64,000 nt of DNA from Cyanophora paradoxa CCMP329 (lineage: Eukaryota; Plantae; Glaucophyta): positions 480,321-544,320 of the forward strand of contig QPMI01000044.1 in the NCBI GenBank assembly GCA_004431415.1. The letters run 5' to 3'. The notes under the pieces are model-generated. The model ran no database searches. It saw nothing but the letters and a program-made list of their open reading frames with translations, and was not told the DNA's origin. The position numbers and the translations under genes were made by a program. Below are positions 63,101-64,000 of this stretch, in pieces (the first letter of the stretch is position 1; each line of letters starts with the position of its first letter).

Positions 63101-64000
63101 AGTCAGAAACGCTGCTCCGCACAAGTGGCTCAAGCGGCACGCACGTACGCGACGACACTCGAAGAAGAGCAGGATGACCACGACGTGATGGAAATAGTGT
63201 CGATCTGCGCGAGATCCGGTATATCAATGATTGTTCAACATGTTCCAGCGCGGCATTTAGTTCGCCGCTGGCTGCTGATCGGAAAGCCTACTGCACCGCG
63301 CCTGGGTTCAACGAACCGGGACGCCACCCTGTCCGAACACGTTCCTGTTGACCACGATCGTGGGCCCATCTGTCATGTAGAGATGCAGGTTCACTTTCCC
63401 AGTGGCGGCCTGCGCCGTCGATGTCGGGCAACACGCGATCAGATGCAGATCTACAACATGGACAGGAGCCGCAGCAGGTGGCGCGTCCGCGGGATTGCAC
63501 GTTACAGTTCGTCCCGCCGACGGTGCAGGAGTGGATGGTAAGCTGGTCGTCGGTGGGCGAATCCCCGAATTCGAATATTCTGGAGGAAAATTTATCGCGG
63601 ATGGACGTCAGCAACACGGAGAAAAAGCATGCGGTACCGCGAGTACAACGCTTGGTTCTCCGGGATTCGGATCCAGAACTCGAAGGTCTGCAAGACAGAC
63701 AGCGCGATCGGCACAGGTGTAGGCGAGGGACGGCGAGACTGTCTCCCAACCAGCTGGGGGAGACGCACCATGGGGGTACCGAGGGGAAAAGGGCGGATAT
63801 CGGCGTAGCGCTGGGTGGAGGAGGGTGTGGACCCCGCGTTCCCGAAAAACGCCCCTGCAGGAGCTCATCAACATGAGCGAAAACATTGTAGAGAGGGGGC
63901 GCAGAGGGGGCGCAGAGGGCGCAGGGGGGCGGAGAGGGCAGAGGGGAGGAAAGGAAGGGGAGGGGCGGCAGAGGGAAAGCAGGACGGGGAAGGAAAGCAG
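36176..64000 (-). CDS. Giant cell-surface receptor-like protein, copy B (5' end outside window): at least 11 LamG-like modules, 2 FN3-like domains, central domain, longer Cys-rich stalk, 3 TM, tail; contains apparent frameshifts (assembly errors or pseudogenisation)
   Basis: Colinear paralog of copy A; ends ..AAAVAIHL* at 36176. Five further diverged LamG modules lie at ~57850-63810 (e.g. GAFFGNAGSTPSSTQRYADIRPFPLGTPM; SVFFWGSGWKGYVAVPTFTLGSPFS). A G/A-rich tract from ~63890 resembles the first intron of copy A. Confidence 0.72.
41280..45310 (-). repeat. Internally duplicated Cys-rich stalk block (~41280-43000 and ~43680-45310) in copy B
   Basis: QLEDSCLQCPLNSIVST..CEPCPFGTYRAADMSQCTPVPARAAA..SYQLEDQCLPCPPNTITSDPGKDQCETCPEGY occurs in both ORF 41543..42586 and ORF 43488..44390. 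Confidence 0.9.
49920..57783 (-). repeat. Two ~4 kb intragenic repeat units of copy B (B1 ~49920-53950; B2 ~53995-57783)
   Basis: Same order of three LamG modules plus FN3 as A1/A2, but B1 and B2 are clearly more diverged from each other than A1 and A2 are. Confidence 0.9.

Noticed and set aside
36176-64000. Firm pseudogene call for copy B
   Set aside because: The disruptions checked are mostly 1-bp deletions in homopolymers, indistinguishable from sequencing error without reads, and the 3' half looks intact.
1-64000. tRNA, rRNA or snRNA genes
   Set aside because: No recognisable conserved RNA-gene motifs by eye; a tRNAscan-SE/Infernal search would be needed to exclude them.

Overview
Eukaryotic nuclear DNA, GC-rich and packed with short (mostly ~50-90 nt) spliceosomal introns with GT or GC donors. 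Most entries in the six-frame ORF track are therefore single exons or antisense shadows, and the genes below were spliced by eye. A plastid-type transit peptide starting M-S-F-V suggests a glaucophyte-like alga (inference only). Left end: the 3' part of a metacaspase (+), an armadillo-repeat/coiled-coil gene (-), and a plastid-type DUF177/YceD gene (+) with a C-terminal AT-hook, the last two head-to-head across 65 bp. About three quarters of the window is two tandem paralogous giant cell-surface receptor-like genes on the - strand: copy A at 7997-27491 (complete, with a signal peptide) and copy B from 36176 past the right edge. Their architecture is signal peptide, an array of LamG/ConA-like lectin modules with interspersed FN3-like domains, an uncharacterised central domain, a Cys-rich CxxC stalk, then TM1, a TM2-loop-TM3 module and a disordered tail. 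The copies differ in lectin module number (6 vs at least 11) and stalk length. They show patchwork gene conversion and variable loops in conserved lectin frameworks, and the module boundaries checked fall on phase-1 introns. This is the best candidate for an undescribed diversified recognition-receptor system. Between the copies is an ~8.5 kb repeat/transposon-remnant spacer holding one acidic orphan gene.
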